From the IMG/VR virus record IMGVR_UViG_3300021364_000008, positions 1 to 64,000 of that record: a stretch of DNA of 64,000 nucleotides; one strand, 5' to 3'. Under the pieces are notes generated by a model. It was not told where the DNA came from. It searched no databases and was given only the letters and a program-made list of their open reading frames with translations. Position 1 is the stretch's first letter. Every line of letters begins with the position of its first letter. The DNA is from a virus. A program made the position numbers and the translations under genes. This document shows, piece by piece, positions 9,389 through 19,085 of the stretch.

Positions 9389-10561
9389 ATGTGGATTGAA
9401 AAAGAAACATCAATTGCTGAAATCAAAACATTACTTGATAATGGATATGAGGTAGAAGTTGATTCGCCTGATGGATATGTTCCAGTCAATTTCTTTATTA
9501 ACAAAGGAATGTATGATGAATATGTTTTAAAGGTTGATGGTGAAGAACCAATTAGGTGTAATGCCGATCATTTATTTGAAACATCTTTTGGGTGGATGAA
9601 AGCATCGCATCTTTTTGAAAAATATAAGACAAATCATTTTTTAACTAAAAATGATTATAAACTTGGTAGTGTCTTTAAAACAGGAAATCAAATACCTATT
9701 GTTGATATTAATGTAAATCACCCAAATCATAGGTATTATACTAATGGTGTTTCTTCTCATAATACTGGTGTGGGTAAATCTCTATTCATGTGCCATGTGG
9801 CTAGCTCCGTCTTGCTCCAAGGGAGGAATGTACTCTACATTACAATGGAAATGGCAGAGGAGAAAATTGCTGAGCGAATTGATGCAAACCTTTTAAATAT
9901 CCCAATTCAGCAATTGACAGATCTTCCAAAGTCAATGTTTGAAACCAAAGTTACAAACATTTCTAAAAAAACTCAGGGAACTTTTATAATTAAAGAGTAT
10001 CCAACTGCTTCTGCACATGCTGGACACTTTAAATCACTTCTTAATGAACTTGCACTTAAGAAATCATTTAGACCTGATATTATTTTCATTGATTACCTTA
10101 ATATTTGTGCTTCCTCTAGATATAGGGGAAACCTTTCTGTCAATTCTTATTCGTATATTAAGGCAATTGCTGAAGAACTTCGAGGATTGGCGGTGGAATT
10201 CAATGTCCCCATCGTTTCTGCTACTCAAACCACTCGCAGTGGTTATGGTAGTTCTGATGTTGAACTTACTGATACTTCTGAATCCTTTGGTCTCCCTGCT
10301 ACTGCTGATCTTATGTTTGCCCTTATTAGCACTGAAGAGTTGGAGGAGTTGGGGCAGATTATGGTAAAGCAACTGAAGAATCGTTATGCTTCAACTGATA
10401 AATATAGAAGGTTCGTCTTAGGAATTGATAGGTCAAAAATGAGATTATATGACTGCGAGCAATCAGCTCAAGAAGATATTCTTGACAACAGCAAAGAAGA
10501 CGAGTATGATTTCCATGAGGAAAACAAACCCAAGAAAACATTTGAAGGATTTAAATTCTAA
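9389..10561 (+). CDS. 41: 125-aa C-intein (9389-9763) fused to gp41 helicase C-extein
   Basis: IRCNADHLF (block B), HPNHRYYTNGVSSHN|TGVGKS; FIDYL, SATQTTR, SESFGLPATAD. Confidence 0.93.
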   Translation: MWIEKETSIAEIKTLLDNGYEVEVDSPDGYVPVNFFINKGMYDEYVLKVDGEEPIRCNADHLFETSFGWMKASHLFEKYKTNHFLTKNDYKLGSVFKTGNQIPIVDINVNHPNHRYYTNGVSSHNTGVGKSLFMCHVASSVLLQGRNVLYITMEMAEEKIAERIDANLLNIPIQQLTDLPKSMFETKVTNISKKTQGTFIIKEYPTASAHAGHFKSLLNELALKKSFRPDIIFIDYLNICASSRYRGNLSVNSYSYIKAIAEELRGLAVEFNVPIVSATQTTRSGYGSSDVELTDTSESFGLPATADLMFALISTEELEELGQIMVKQLKNRYASTDKYRRFVLGIDRSKMRLYDCEQSAQEDILDNSKEDEYDFHEENKPKKTFEGFKF

Positions 10562-10562
10562 T

Positions 10563-10973
10563 ATGACTAAAGAAATTGATACTAAAAAGTACATCGAATT
10601 TGTTTCTAAAACTACAAGTGCTCCAAGTTCTGATTATGCTGCACTTATGACTCGACTGACTCAACTAGAAACAGAAGATGCAAATGTTCCAAAACTTATG
10701 ACTGCCGCATTTGGACTTTCTGCTGAAGCAGGTGAATTTACTGAAGTTGTAAAAAAGATTTTCCTTCAAGGCAAACCATACAATGAAGAAAATGTATTTC
10801 ATATGAAAAGAGAACTTGGAGATATTTGTTGGTACATGGCCCAAGCATGTATGGCACTTGATACTTCATTTGAAGAACTGATGCAAATGAATTATGAGAA
10901 GCTAAGTGCAAGATATCCAGAAGGAACTTTTGATGTATGGCGTTCTGAAAATCGTAAGGATGGAGATCTTTAA
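10563..10973 (+). CDS. mazG: MazG-like nucleotide pyrophosphohydrolase
   Basis: GLSAEAGEFTEVVKK, KRELGDICWY, NYEKLSARYP; ATG 10563. Confidence 0.9.
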   Translation: MTKEIDTKKYIEFVSKTTSAPSSDYAALMTRLTQLETEDANVPKLMTAAFGLSAEAGEFTEVVKKIFLQGKPYNEENVFHMKRELGDICWYMAQACMALDTSFEELMQMNYEKLSARYPEGTFDVWRSENRKDGDL

Positions 10974-10978
10974 TACTT

Positions 10979-11007
10979 AGACCCTTAAGGGTCTTTTTTT
11001 ATAAATA
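10979..11007 (+). terminator. Intrinsic terminator fused to late promoter
   Basis: AGACCC-TTAA-GGGTCT + T-run running into TATAAATA (11000-11007). Confidence 0.7.
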
Positions 11008-11034
11008 TCCATAGAACAATATAAAGTATTTCAA

Positions 11035-12531
11035 ATGGATTCTAGAGAACTTTTGGGACTTATAGAAGCATATACTGCAGTATATAATGAAGATCTTCGT
11101 GAAGATCTTTATGAGGAGTATGAGTATGTTGATAATCTTTACGATGAAGAACTGGAAGAAGTTGTAGAAGAAGTTATCTACGATCTTCTTGATGAAGGAT
11201 ATGATTTTGAAGATGTCGAAGATATTCTCAAAGTAAATCTTATTGGAGAAGTTCTTTCCGAAGCAAGAGTTGATATGGCAGCTCGTGCAGCAAGACGTAA
11301 GGAAGCAGATGCAGCATCTGAAAGATCTGCTAAAGAGGCAAGAGGTAGAGCAGCAGCAAAAGAGAGATCTGAAAAAAGAGCAGAAAGAATTGCAAGAGTT
11401 AAGGGTGCAATTAAAGGTGGGATTGATAAAGTAAAATCTGCTATTAGGTCTGGAGTTTCTAAAGCAAAGGAAGCTGGAAGACAGGCTAAATTCCAAGCAG
11501 TAGATAAAAGAGTTGCTAAATATGCAACTGATAGGAATCTTCATCCATCTGCAGGAATGGCAGCAAGATCTAAGGATCCTGAAAAGAGAAGAGCATTAAG
11601 AAAAAAAGTTGCTGGTGATATTGCATCTAGAGCACAAGTTGCTGCATATAATAGAGGAAGAGAAGTTGCTCAATCTGCAAGTGATACTGCAAGAAGAGCA
11701 AAGCAAGGTGCTAAAAATTTGGCAACAAGAGCTGGCAGAGAAGTATCTGGTGCTAAGTCAGCAGTTAAGAGTGGAGTAAAGGGGGCAATTAGAAGAGCAG
11801 CAGAGAAAGTTGCTTCTGGTGCTTCTAGAGTTGCTAAGAGAATGAGTGAGGATTTTGAAGTTTGGGTAGAAGATCTTTTAAATGAAGGATATGATCTTTC
11901 TGAATATACTTGGGAAGAACTTGGTGATATCTATCTGTCTGAAGCAAAAAAATTAAGACCTGCGTCAGAAAGAATGGCAAGAACAATGACTTCTGCAGAT
12001 AGAAAAAGGCAAAAAAGAGAACGTGAATTGAGAGATGCTGGACAGCAAGCATTGGCAGATATTCGTGCATTGTCTAAAGCAGAAAGAGATAGATCTTCTG
12101 TAAATAACCAATCTTCTTCTAATCGTTCTACTCCTGATGCAGAAGTTCGCAGGATTCCAAAAGGACAAAAGGTTGATAGACTTGCAATGCAAGCAAAGAA
12201 AGCAATGGGTGAAGAAGTTGAAGTTTTTGATGTTGTTTTAGATTTTCTTTATTCTGAAGGTTACGTAGAAACTTTGGAAGAAGCAGAGTGGATTATGGCA
12301 AATGAATTTGACTCTGAAGATATTGATGCCATTTTAGAGGTATATGAATTGACTGAAGCAGGAAGAATGCATAGTTCATCTGCACAACAAGCAGGATTCA
12401 AGAAAATTAAAGATATGGAATCTGGTGGACCAGGTGCTGGTAAAGTTAGAAGTGATGGTGAAATCAGAAACGAAAGGGGTGGACAAGCATTTTTAGATAA
12501 AATTGCTGCAGCAAAGAAAAAAATGAAGTGA
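11035..12531 (+). CDS. Late protein with alternating acidic and Ala/Arg/Lys-rich segments; probable capsid-internal protein
   Basis: Three acidic (L)xxEGY blocks each ending L-x-E|A before a basic block. Confidence 0.65.
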   Translation: MDSRELLGLIEAYTAVYNEDLREDLYEEYEYVDNLYDEELEEVVEEVIYDLLDEGYDFEDVEDILKVNLIGEVLSEARVDMAARAARRKEADAASERSAKEARGRAAAKERSEKRAERIARVKGAIKGGIDKVKSAIRSGVSKAKEAGRQAKFQAVDKRVAKYATDRNLHPSAGMAARSKDPEKRRALRKKVAGDIASRAQVAAYNRGREVAQSASDTARRAKQGAKNLATRAGREVSGAKSAVKSGVKGAIRRAAEKVASGASRVAKRMSEDFEVWVEDLLNEGYDLSEYTWEELGDIYLSEAKKLRPASERMARTMTSADRKRQKRERELRDAGQQALADIRALSKAERDRSSVNNQSSSNRSTPDAEVRRIPKGQKVDRLAMQAKKAMGEEVEVFDVVLDFLYSEGYVETLEEAEWIMANEFDSEDIDAILEVYELTEAGRMHSSSAQQAGFKKIKDMESGGPGAGKVRSDGEIRNERGGQAFLDKIAAAKKKMK

Positions 12532-12600
12532 CATAGTAAGACCCCCCCCCTTGACAAATCTGTTGAGGGGGTTTTATACTATTAGAACTTACATGAGATT

Positions 12601-13365
12601 ATGGTAGATCTAAGAATTGGCAATTGCATTGAATTGGCAAAAAATCTTGAAGATAATTCTATTGATTGTATAGTAACTTCTCCCCCATACAATAAGTGTG
12701 GTGTTGGTGGAGGATTATTTCGTAAAATTGAATATGCAGATTTTGATGATACTCTTCCAGAACAAGAGTATCAGATTCAGCAAATCGAACTTTTAAATAT
12801 TTTATTTGAAAAAATAAAAACTTCGGGATCTTTATTTTATAATCATAAAGTTAGATACTACAAAGGCAGTGCAATTTCTCCCTGGGAATGGTTGACTAAA
12901 ACTAAGTGGAATATTCGGGAAGAGATAGTTTGGAATCGTGGCAGTGGCCCCGAAATTTCTGGATATAGATTTATTCAAACAGATGAAAGAATTTATTGGT
13001 TGTGTAAAGGAGATAAACATCCACGTTTACCTAGACGTTGTGCTGAATGGACTAGTGTTTGGAAATTTAACCCTGAAATGAAAAATCCTCATCCTGCTCC
13101 ATATCCAATTCAACTTCCTGCAAGATGCATTCATGCTGTAATGCAAGAACCTGGTGTTGTTCTTGATCCGTATAGTGGATCTGGAACAACTGGACTTGCT
13201 GCAACTCTATTGGGACATCAATACATAGGATTTGATTTGTCTGAAAAATATCATGAAATGGCTAGGAAAAGAATTGAAAATCCATCTGAAACTGATATTA
13301 AAAAGTTTTTTGATGAAGTTGGAAATAATGTTCAAACTTCTACAAGTATATTTGATAGATTGTAA
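12601..13365 (+). CDS. DNA methyltransferase, beta class (N4C/N6A)
   Basis: TSPPYN, HPAPYP, VLDPYSGSGTT; TTGACA at 12551 upstream. Confidence 0.9.
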   Translation: MVDLRIGNCIELAKNLEDNSIDCIVTSPPYNKCGVGGGLFRKIEYADFDDTLPEQEYQIQQIELLNILFEKIKTSGSLFYNHKVRYYKGSAISPWEWLTKTKWNIREEIVWNRGSGPEISGYRFIQTDERIYWLCKGDKHPRLPRRCAEWTSVWKFNPEMKNPHPAPYPIQLPARCIHAVMQEPGVVLDPYSGSGTTGLAATLLGHQYIGFDLSEKYHEMARKRIENPSETDIKKFFDEVGNNVQTSTSIFDRL

Positions 13366-13415
13366 ATATAAATAATTTTAGGATATAAAATCTAAAAAGT
13401 TTGTAGTCAAATATT

Positions 13416-13844
13416 ATGGCTAGAAAACTAAGAAAGAGCTCTGTAAAATTAAAGCCACTTTTAGTTTCACAAAGAGAAAAATTAAAAAAGCAAAGATCTA
13501 AAAGTAGAATTGAAATACTTCAGGAAAATATAAAATATATTAGTGATCCTGAAGATATAATGATAGAAATTATTGATTTATTTAAAGAAACTCATGTAAT
13601 TCCTGAAGTTGGAAATTATTATACTTTCATATATAATGCAAAAACTCCAAATTTACTATATGATCAACATCCATTAATTGCCGCAATAGAGAATCATAGA
13701 TGGGGATTTAGAGGTTTAAATTTTCATTGGAATGAAATTAGAAATTATACTTGGAATGAAGTTGCTGGATTTTTGCATGTAGTGGAGGATGATGAAATTA
13801 TGTCCATGAGAAATATAAATTATGCCAAATATATGAGAAAATAA
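13416..13844 (+). CDS. DNA end protector-like protein (gp2-like)
   Basis: YTFIYNAKT..YDQHPL..GFRGLNFHW; TATAAATA upstream. Confidence 0.6.
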   Translation: MARKLRKSSVKLKPLLVSQREKLKKQRSKSRIEILQENIKYISDPEDIMIEIIDLFKETHVIPEVGNYYTFIYNAKTPNLLYDQHPLIAAIENHRWGFRGLNFHWNEIRNYTWNEVAGFLHVVEDDEIMSMRNINYAKYMRK

Positions 13845-13866
13845 ATATAGTATAATAAAAAAAAGT

Positions 13867-15024
13867 ATGAAAAAATTCTCTGCATTTATATCAGAAGCAA
13901 AAGAATCTCTTGCATCTCAAAGAGCCAAAAAGATGGGTCTTAGGGGAGATGGTCATGGATCGTGGTATAATGCAGCTGGAGAATTTATTGCTAAAACTGA
14001 AGGTGGGGAATTAAAATTTTATACCAAGGGGCAGAGAACTCCTGGAAAAGATGTTCCTCCAGACCAGCAAAAAAAACCTCAAGAATTTCAAAAAGTTCAG
14101 CAGCAAGAACCGGCACCAGAAGATAGTGAAGGTAAAAAAGTAACTTTAGTATTTGGTAAGTTCAATCCACCAACTAAAAAGAATCTGCAATTGTTCAACT
14201 ATGCAAAAATGGTTGCTGCTGGATCTGATTTGAGGATTTATCCTTCTAGGTCACAAGACTCTAATATGAATCCTTTAAAACCAGATACTAAAATTGAGTT
14301 TATGAAAAAAATGTTTCCATCATTTAAAGATAATATTGTAAATGATGATGAGTCTAATACTATTTTTGATGTTCTCAAAAAAGTTGAAAATGATGGATAT
14401 AGTGATGTAACTATTGTGGTTGGATCTGATAGACTTGGTGAATTTAAAAGTCTTGCTCAAAAATATAATGGAACTCTTTATAACTTTGATGATATTAGTG
14501 TAGTTGCTGGTACTGAGAAAGATGGCGATAATGAAATGTCATCCAAAATGAGGGAGTTTGTTTCCCAAGACAATTTTGCTTCGTTTAAGTCTGGACTCCC
14601 TTCTAATTTTAAAGATGGTGAAAAATTATTTAAAAAAGTAAAGTCTGGAATGGGATTAGATGCTAAAAAAGAGGGAGTTGAATTGTGGAGAATTGCTCCC
14701 AAATTAAGATATAAAAATCTCAGAGACAATTATATTGGAGGTAATATTTTTAAGAGTGGAACAATTGTGGAAAATATTAATACTGGATTGAGGGGTAAGA
14801 TTATTCGTCGTGGAACTAACTATCTCATCTGTGCTACTGAAGAAAATCTAATGTTCAAATCTTGGATTACTGATGTAGTAGAGAAAAAATCATTTACTGA
14901 TGTATCTGGTGTTCCTGCAGATCAAAGAGAAGTTGGAACTCCAGCACTTACCAAATACACAATGAAAATGGCAGATGTGAAGAAAATTCGCAATTTCATA
15001 AATAAGTATAAGGCTAAAAAGTAA
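13867..15024 (+). CDS. Cyanophage cytidylyltransferase-like (HIGH-superfamily) protein with degenerate motif
   Basis: FGKFNPPTKKN, VVGSDR, MSSKMR; N-terminus MKKFSAFISE. Confidence 0.75.
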   Translation: MKKFSAFISEAKESLASQRAKKMGLRGDGHGSWYNAAGEFIAKTEGGELKFYTKGQRTPGKDVPPDQQKKPQEFQKVQQQEPAPEDSEGKKVTLVFGKFNPPTKKNLQLFNYAKMVAAGSDLRIYPSRSQDSNMNPLKPDTKIEFMKKMFPSFKDNIVNDDESNTIFDVLKKVENDGYSDVTIVVGSDRLGEFKSLAQKYNGTLYNFDDISVVAGTEKDGDNEMSSKMREFVSQDNFASFKSGLPSNFKDGEKLFKKVKSGMGLDAKKEGVELWRIAPKLRYKNLRDNYIGGNIFKSGTIVENINTGLRGKIIRRGTNYLICATEENLMFKSWITDVVEKKSFTDVSGVPADQREVGTPALTKYTMKMADVKKIRNFINKYKAKK

Positions 15025-15038
15025 AACATTTTATACTC

Positions 15039-17177
15039 ATGACTCATCTTAACGATATTAGTAAAGTTTACTTGGAAGAAGTTGCCAAGAAAAAGGAAGA
15101 CAACCAATATCTTGAGACTGACTTTAAAAAACGTCAAGAAAATAATGAGAAAGCTCGTAAGGATCTTATGAAAGGTCCTCAGATGAAAAATCCACATTTT
15201 GAAGAGAAAGATCCATTTGGCAGACCTGGTGGCAAGTATGGTGGTGTTCCCAAAAAGGGTGGTGGATATGATAGGGCATATCAAGCTAACATGAAAAAGA
15301 TTAAAGAGTTGGAACAGAAAGAAGCACTTGATCCAGTAGGGCAAGAAGATGCAGATGTTGACAATGATGGTAAGGAGAATACTAAGTCTGATAAGTATCT
15401 TCTAAAACGCCGTAAGGCAATTTCTAAAGCAATGAAAGAGGCAGTTCATTCTACTGCTAAGCAGATGCATTCTCCGCACGAAGTTCCTTCTGGAAATCTA
15501 AAAGATCTTGTAAAGAAGGCAGTCAAGAGAATTGATACTGATGTTGATGGTGATACTGACAACAATGATAAGGCAAAGGGAGAACTTGGTGAGTTTATTC
15601 CTGGTGTAGGAAATAAAAGATTATATTCAACAACTAGAACTACAACAGCAAAAGAATCATTCTCTAATTGGAGAAATGATCTTCGTGAAATTGCTGGGGA
15701 AATTAGAGGATATGAAAAGAAAACTGGAAAGAAAAATGAAAGAACTAATGTAAATAATACAATCAATATTAATCCAAAACTTTCTGAAGGAGTAACCATT
15801 CTTGAAATGGTTGAAATTTCTGAAGAGCAAGAAATTCAAACTCTAAGTCATGCAGTTGATTTCTTTTTTGAGGAAGGTATCAATGAAGATGGTCTTGAAA
15901 TGATTATTGAAGATTTGGGTCTTGAAGAGTTTGTTGACTTAGTATATGAAATTGGATATGAAACTTTAACTGAAGCAAGAACTCTTGTTACTAAGAAAAA
16001 AACTCCTAAGAAACTTCCTAAAGGAACTGCTCCAGCAAAAACAACCAAAGCAAGAGTTGTTAAATCTGGCACAACAATGAAAGCAGCAGCACCTTCTGGT
16101 GCATTTAAGAGAAGACCTGCTGCAGCTAAAGCAGTGGAAACTGCTAAGCAAGAGCAACCTAAGAAAAAACCAGTTAGAGATGCTATTGCAAGAGGTATCT
16201 TTAGAGCAGTTGACGCATACAAAGCAGGTATGGAACGTCATAGGCAGGCAACTAAGGGAATGGGTAAAGCAGCAAAAGAAACTGGTAAGACCATTGCCAA
16301 AGCTGCAAAAGTAACTCATGAAGCTGGTCGTCGTGCTGGTGAATCTAAAGTAGGGCAGGCAGTTAAGAAAGCAGGTGCTGCTGCTATTAAGACTGGAGTT
16401 AAAAAGGCAAAGGAAGGTATTAAGTCTTTGAAAAAAGAAGAACTTGAACTTCAAGAAAAACCTTTTGATGTCTATGATACTAGAAATGATGTGTATCTAG
16501 CTAGAGGATTAAAAACTAGAAAGGGGGCAAGAAGAAGAGCTGATAGAGCAGATACAGAATATGGTGCTATTACAACTAAAGTGATTCCTACTGGTGATGA
16601 TAGACCAGAAGTTAAATATAAAACTAAAAAAGAAGAACTTGAACTTCAAGAAAAATCTATGAGTGTTTCTCAGCAGCAAGCAGCAGGTGCAGCACTTGCA
16701 GCAAAGAGGGGTGAGATTGATCCATCTGAACTTAAGGGTGCATCAATTCAAATGTATAAGTCTATGTCTGAAAAAGAACTTCGTGACTTTGCTAAGACTA
16801 AGCATAAAGGTCTTCCTAAGAAAAAGGAAGTTGAAGAAGCAGTGGAAGCTCCAAAGAAAAATGATAAAAAAGAAGAGCAAATGAAAAAGCAGCAACTTGC
16901 AAAACAGCAAGAAATGATTAAAAAACTCCAAATGCTTCAAAGACAAAAACTTCAAATGCAGAGGCAAGGAAGACTTCCTATGGGAACTGCTATGGAAGAA
17001 ACTGCAATTGATAAGGTAAGAAAAAGTATTGAAAAGGAGTATGGAAAAGGTATGATCTATGATCCCAATAAACCAAAACCAAAAAGAACTCCAAAAAATC
17101 CAGTTGATTCTCGTACTACAAGAGAGAAAGAAACGCAGGGAAGATATCTTGGTGGTGGTAGATACGCTGGAGACTGA
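15039..17177 (+). CDS. Large charged modular late protein containing a DUF3008-like module
   Basis: QQQAAGAALAAKRGE..ELRDFAKTKHKGLP; DADVDNDG; repeated KKEELELQEK. Confidence 0.7.
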   Translation: MTHLNDISKVYLEEVAKKKEDNQYLETDFKKRQENNEKARKDLMKGPQMKNPHFEEKDPFGRPGGKYGGVPKKGGGYDRAYQANMKKIKELEQKEALDPVGQEDADVDNDGKENTKSDKYLLKRRKAISKAMKEAVHSTAKQMHSPHEVPSGNLKDLVKKAVKRIDTDVDGDTDNNDKAKGELGEFIPGVGNKRLYSTTRTTTAKESFSNWRNDLREIAGEIRGYEKKTGKKNERTNVNNTININPKLSEGVTILEMVEISEEQEIQTLSHAVDFFFEEGINEDGLEMIIEDLGLEEFVDLVYEIGYETLTEARTLVTKKKTPKKLPKGTAPAKTTKARVVKSGTTMKAAAPSGAFKRRPAAAKAVETAKQEQPKKKPVRDAIARGIFRAVDAYKAGMERHRQATKGMGKAAKETGKTIAKAAKVTHEAGRRAGESKVGQAVKKAGAAAIKTGVKKAKEGIKSLKKEELELQEKPFDVYDTRNDVYLARGLKTRKGARRRADRADTEYGAITTKVIPTGDDRPEVKYKTKKEELELQEKSMSVSQQQAAGAALAAKRGEIDPSELKGASIQMYKSMSEKELRDFAKTKHKGLPKKKEVEEAVEAPKKNDKKEEQMKKQQLAKQQEMIKKLQMLQRQKLQMQRQGRLPMGTAMEETAIDKVRKSIEKEYGKGMIYDPNKPKPKRTPKNPVDSRTTREKETQGRYLGGGRYAGD
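16431..16655 (+). repeat. Exact 30-bp direct repeat flanking a 165-bp in-frame module
   Basis: AAAAAAGAAGAACTTGAACTTCAAGAAAAA at 16431-16460 and 16626-16655. Confidence 0.9.
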
Positions 17178-17178
17178 T

Positions 17179-17568
17179 ATGGCCATTTATGGTGGAAATG
17201 ATCCTGAATATTTAAAAAAACAAAAACTGAAAAAAATTAAAAAGAGTCTTCCTCCTGGAGTTGGATTTCAGGGAAGGTATGATCAATATGGTAGAGAATA
17301 TGACACTACTGCTGGTAAACTAAAAGAAGCTCTTTCAAGATCAACATATCATTCTGATTTTGCAAAAAAAGACTCAGAAAAAGAGGAAGAGCATCGTCAA
17401 AGAGATGCTCGTATGAAGCATGGTAAGAGTTGGAAAGAATTTACTGACGATGTTGAGAGTGCTAAAAGTAGAGTTGGTAAAGGTGAGGTTAAATGGTATG
17501 ATAAAAAAAATAAAACTTGGAAATCATCAAAATTCGAACGTGTCCCAAAACCATTTTCTGATAAATAA
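17179..17568 (+). CDS. Basic hypothetical protein
   Basis: ATG 17179 follows the upstream stop; QRDARMKHGK..GEVKWYD. Confidence 0.65.
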   Translation: MAIYGGNDPEYLKKQKLKKIKKSLPPGVGFQGRYDQYGREYDTTAGKLKEALSRSTYHSDFAKKDSEKEEEHRQRDARMKHGKSWKEFTDDVESAKSRVGKGEVKWYDKKNKTWKSSKFERVPKPFSDK

Positions 17569-17615
17569 TTGAGGAATTAATTTTCTCGATATTCAATTTA
17601 TTAAAGGAGGGTACA

Positions 17616-17786
17616 GTGTCTAAAATAGTAGAACTAGTTAAGCCTGTAGTATTTGCATTCATTGGGTCAAGAGAAGTAAAAGAATTTGTTATTCAACTTC
17701 TAGAAAAATATGTTTCTAGAACAGATAACTCAGTTGATGATGTTGCAGTTCAACTCATCAAAGAAAAACTTCTTCCTAACGAGTGA
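17616..17786 (+). CDS. Small conserved cyanophage protein (56 aa; not in ORF track)
   Basis: AAGGAGG SD, GTG start, LLEKYVSRTDNSVDD. Confidence 0.7.
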   Translation: MSKIVELVKPVVFAFIGSREVKEFVIQLLEKYVSRTDNSVDDVAVQLIKEKLLPNE

Positions 17787-17890
17787 TAGGGTTTTAAACT
17801 CTATTAAACAAAATAGAATAATTTAGGAGAGAAGTAAGCACTTCTCTTTTTTTATAAATATTTTTAGTTAAAACATTTAAAGGTAAAAAG

Positions 17891-18445
17891 ATGGCACTCT
17901 GGGGCAATAAGGATTCAGTTTACTCTGACGGTACTATTTCAGTAAATCTTGAAACTAATACTATAGAGGGTGGCGTTGGTGTTGTCACTTTCACTACCTC
18001 CGGAATTAGTACCGGTGACGTAATCGCAGTGGGAACTGGTGCTACCTACGGATATGCAATAGTAGCAGGATTTACATCCACCACAATTTCTATTGCTAAC
18101 ACTGCAGATTTTGTTTCTGGACTTACAACTGTTCCTTCAGGAACTTCATACTTTATTTCTCAAGAACCAGTATACACTCTTGGAGATTCTACTTACAGAG
18201 CACCTGAGTCTAAAACTGTTGGATATTCTACAAGTCCAGTATTCACTGGGGTATTTGGTGTGGATGAAATTGAGGTTGGAATAGCAGCAACAACTGCCTA
18301 TGCAGTCACTCACGGTGGATGGGTTGGACTCACAACCTATATTGATATGCATGGAAATTTGAGAGTTAAGAATGAAGTTTTAGTTGCTGGTGGCATTCTT
18401 ACTACTACTGATGCTCCTGATGATACCTACTTCCCAGATGCTTGA
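17891..18445 (+). CDS. Virion structural protein
   Basis: MALWG start, HGGWVG..GNLRVKNEVLVA; TATAAATA upstream. Confidence 0.7.
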   Translation: MALWGNKDSVYSDGTISVNLETNTIEGGVGVVTFTTSGISTGDVIAVGTGATYGYAIVAGFTSTTISIANTADFVSGLTTVPSGTSYFISQEPVYTLGDSTYRAPESKTVGYSTSPVFTGVFGVDEIEVGIAATTAYAVTHGGWVGLTTYIDMHGNLRVKNEVLVAGGILTTTDAPDDTYFPDA

Positions 18446-18470
18446 TAAATATAAGAACTGAAAATTAAAT

Positions 18471-18863
18471 ATGCACTTTAATGAATTAAACCGAGATAAT
18501 TTTTTATTATTTGCAATAAAAAATTATGAGAATCCTCAGGCAGTTACAAAAGATGATTTTAACAAAGACCTGAATCATTTTAAGTATATTAAAAGATTAC
18601 TTAAAAGATATAAAAAAACTGGTGAAATTAAAAGTCATCTTTTGATTAATCATTTTTTAATTTTGTATAATGTTTTTGGTGAAGCTACTACTCCAATGTT
18701 ATTTTGTAAATTAGATCCTGAGTATTGGCCACAAATAAAAACTTTTTTAGTATTTTTAAATAGACTTCCGGAATATCCAAAGTCAGATATTCATGATATA
18801 ATGGTCGATATTGAATGCCTAAAGCAGCTAAATAAAATTTACAAATCAGATGGAAAAAGTTGA
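18471..18863 (+). CDS. Conserved T4-like hypothetical protein
   Basis: NFLLFAIKNYENP, FKYIKRLLKRY, LINHFLILYNVFG. Confidence 0.75.
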   Translation: MHFNELNRDNFLLFAIKNYENPQAVTKDDFNKDLNHFKYIKRLLKRYKKTGEIKSHLLINHFLILYNVFGEATTPMLFCKLDPEYWPQIKTFLVFLNRLPEYPKSDIHDIMVDIECLKQLNKIYKSDGKS

Positions 18864-19044
18864 TAGAGTAATTGAATATTTTAGATCTCTTAGAGAAGAT
18901 GCTCCGACTATGAATGTTGGATCTGGAAAAATTGCAGGAACTCGTGAAGCTGGTGATGATCCTCCTGTTTTTAATAGAAAGAAAAAGAAAAAGTATATCT
19001 ATGGTCCTCGTAAAGTTTGGATAGATCACCTGAAAGATAAATAA
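18850..19044 (+). CDS. Small hypothetical protein
   Basis: LREDAPTMNVGSGKIAG..DDPPV; overlaps upstream stop. Confidence 0.65.
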   Translation: MEKVDRVIEYFRSLREDAPTMNVGSGKIAGTREAGDDPPVFNRKKKKKYIYGPRKVWIDHLKDK

Positions 19045-19085
19045 TTAAAAATGGCAAAGTGAGAAAACGCTATAGGATTCTCATA

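Noticed and set aside
10999-17186. Long minus-strand ORFs rich in F/S/C/L
   Set aside because: Shadow frames of Lys/Glu/Ala-rich + strand genes; the same applies to 41962-42552 and 48274-49089.
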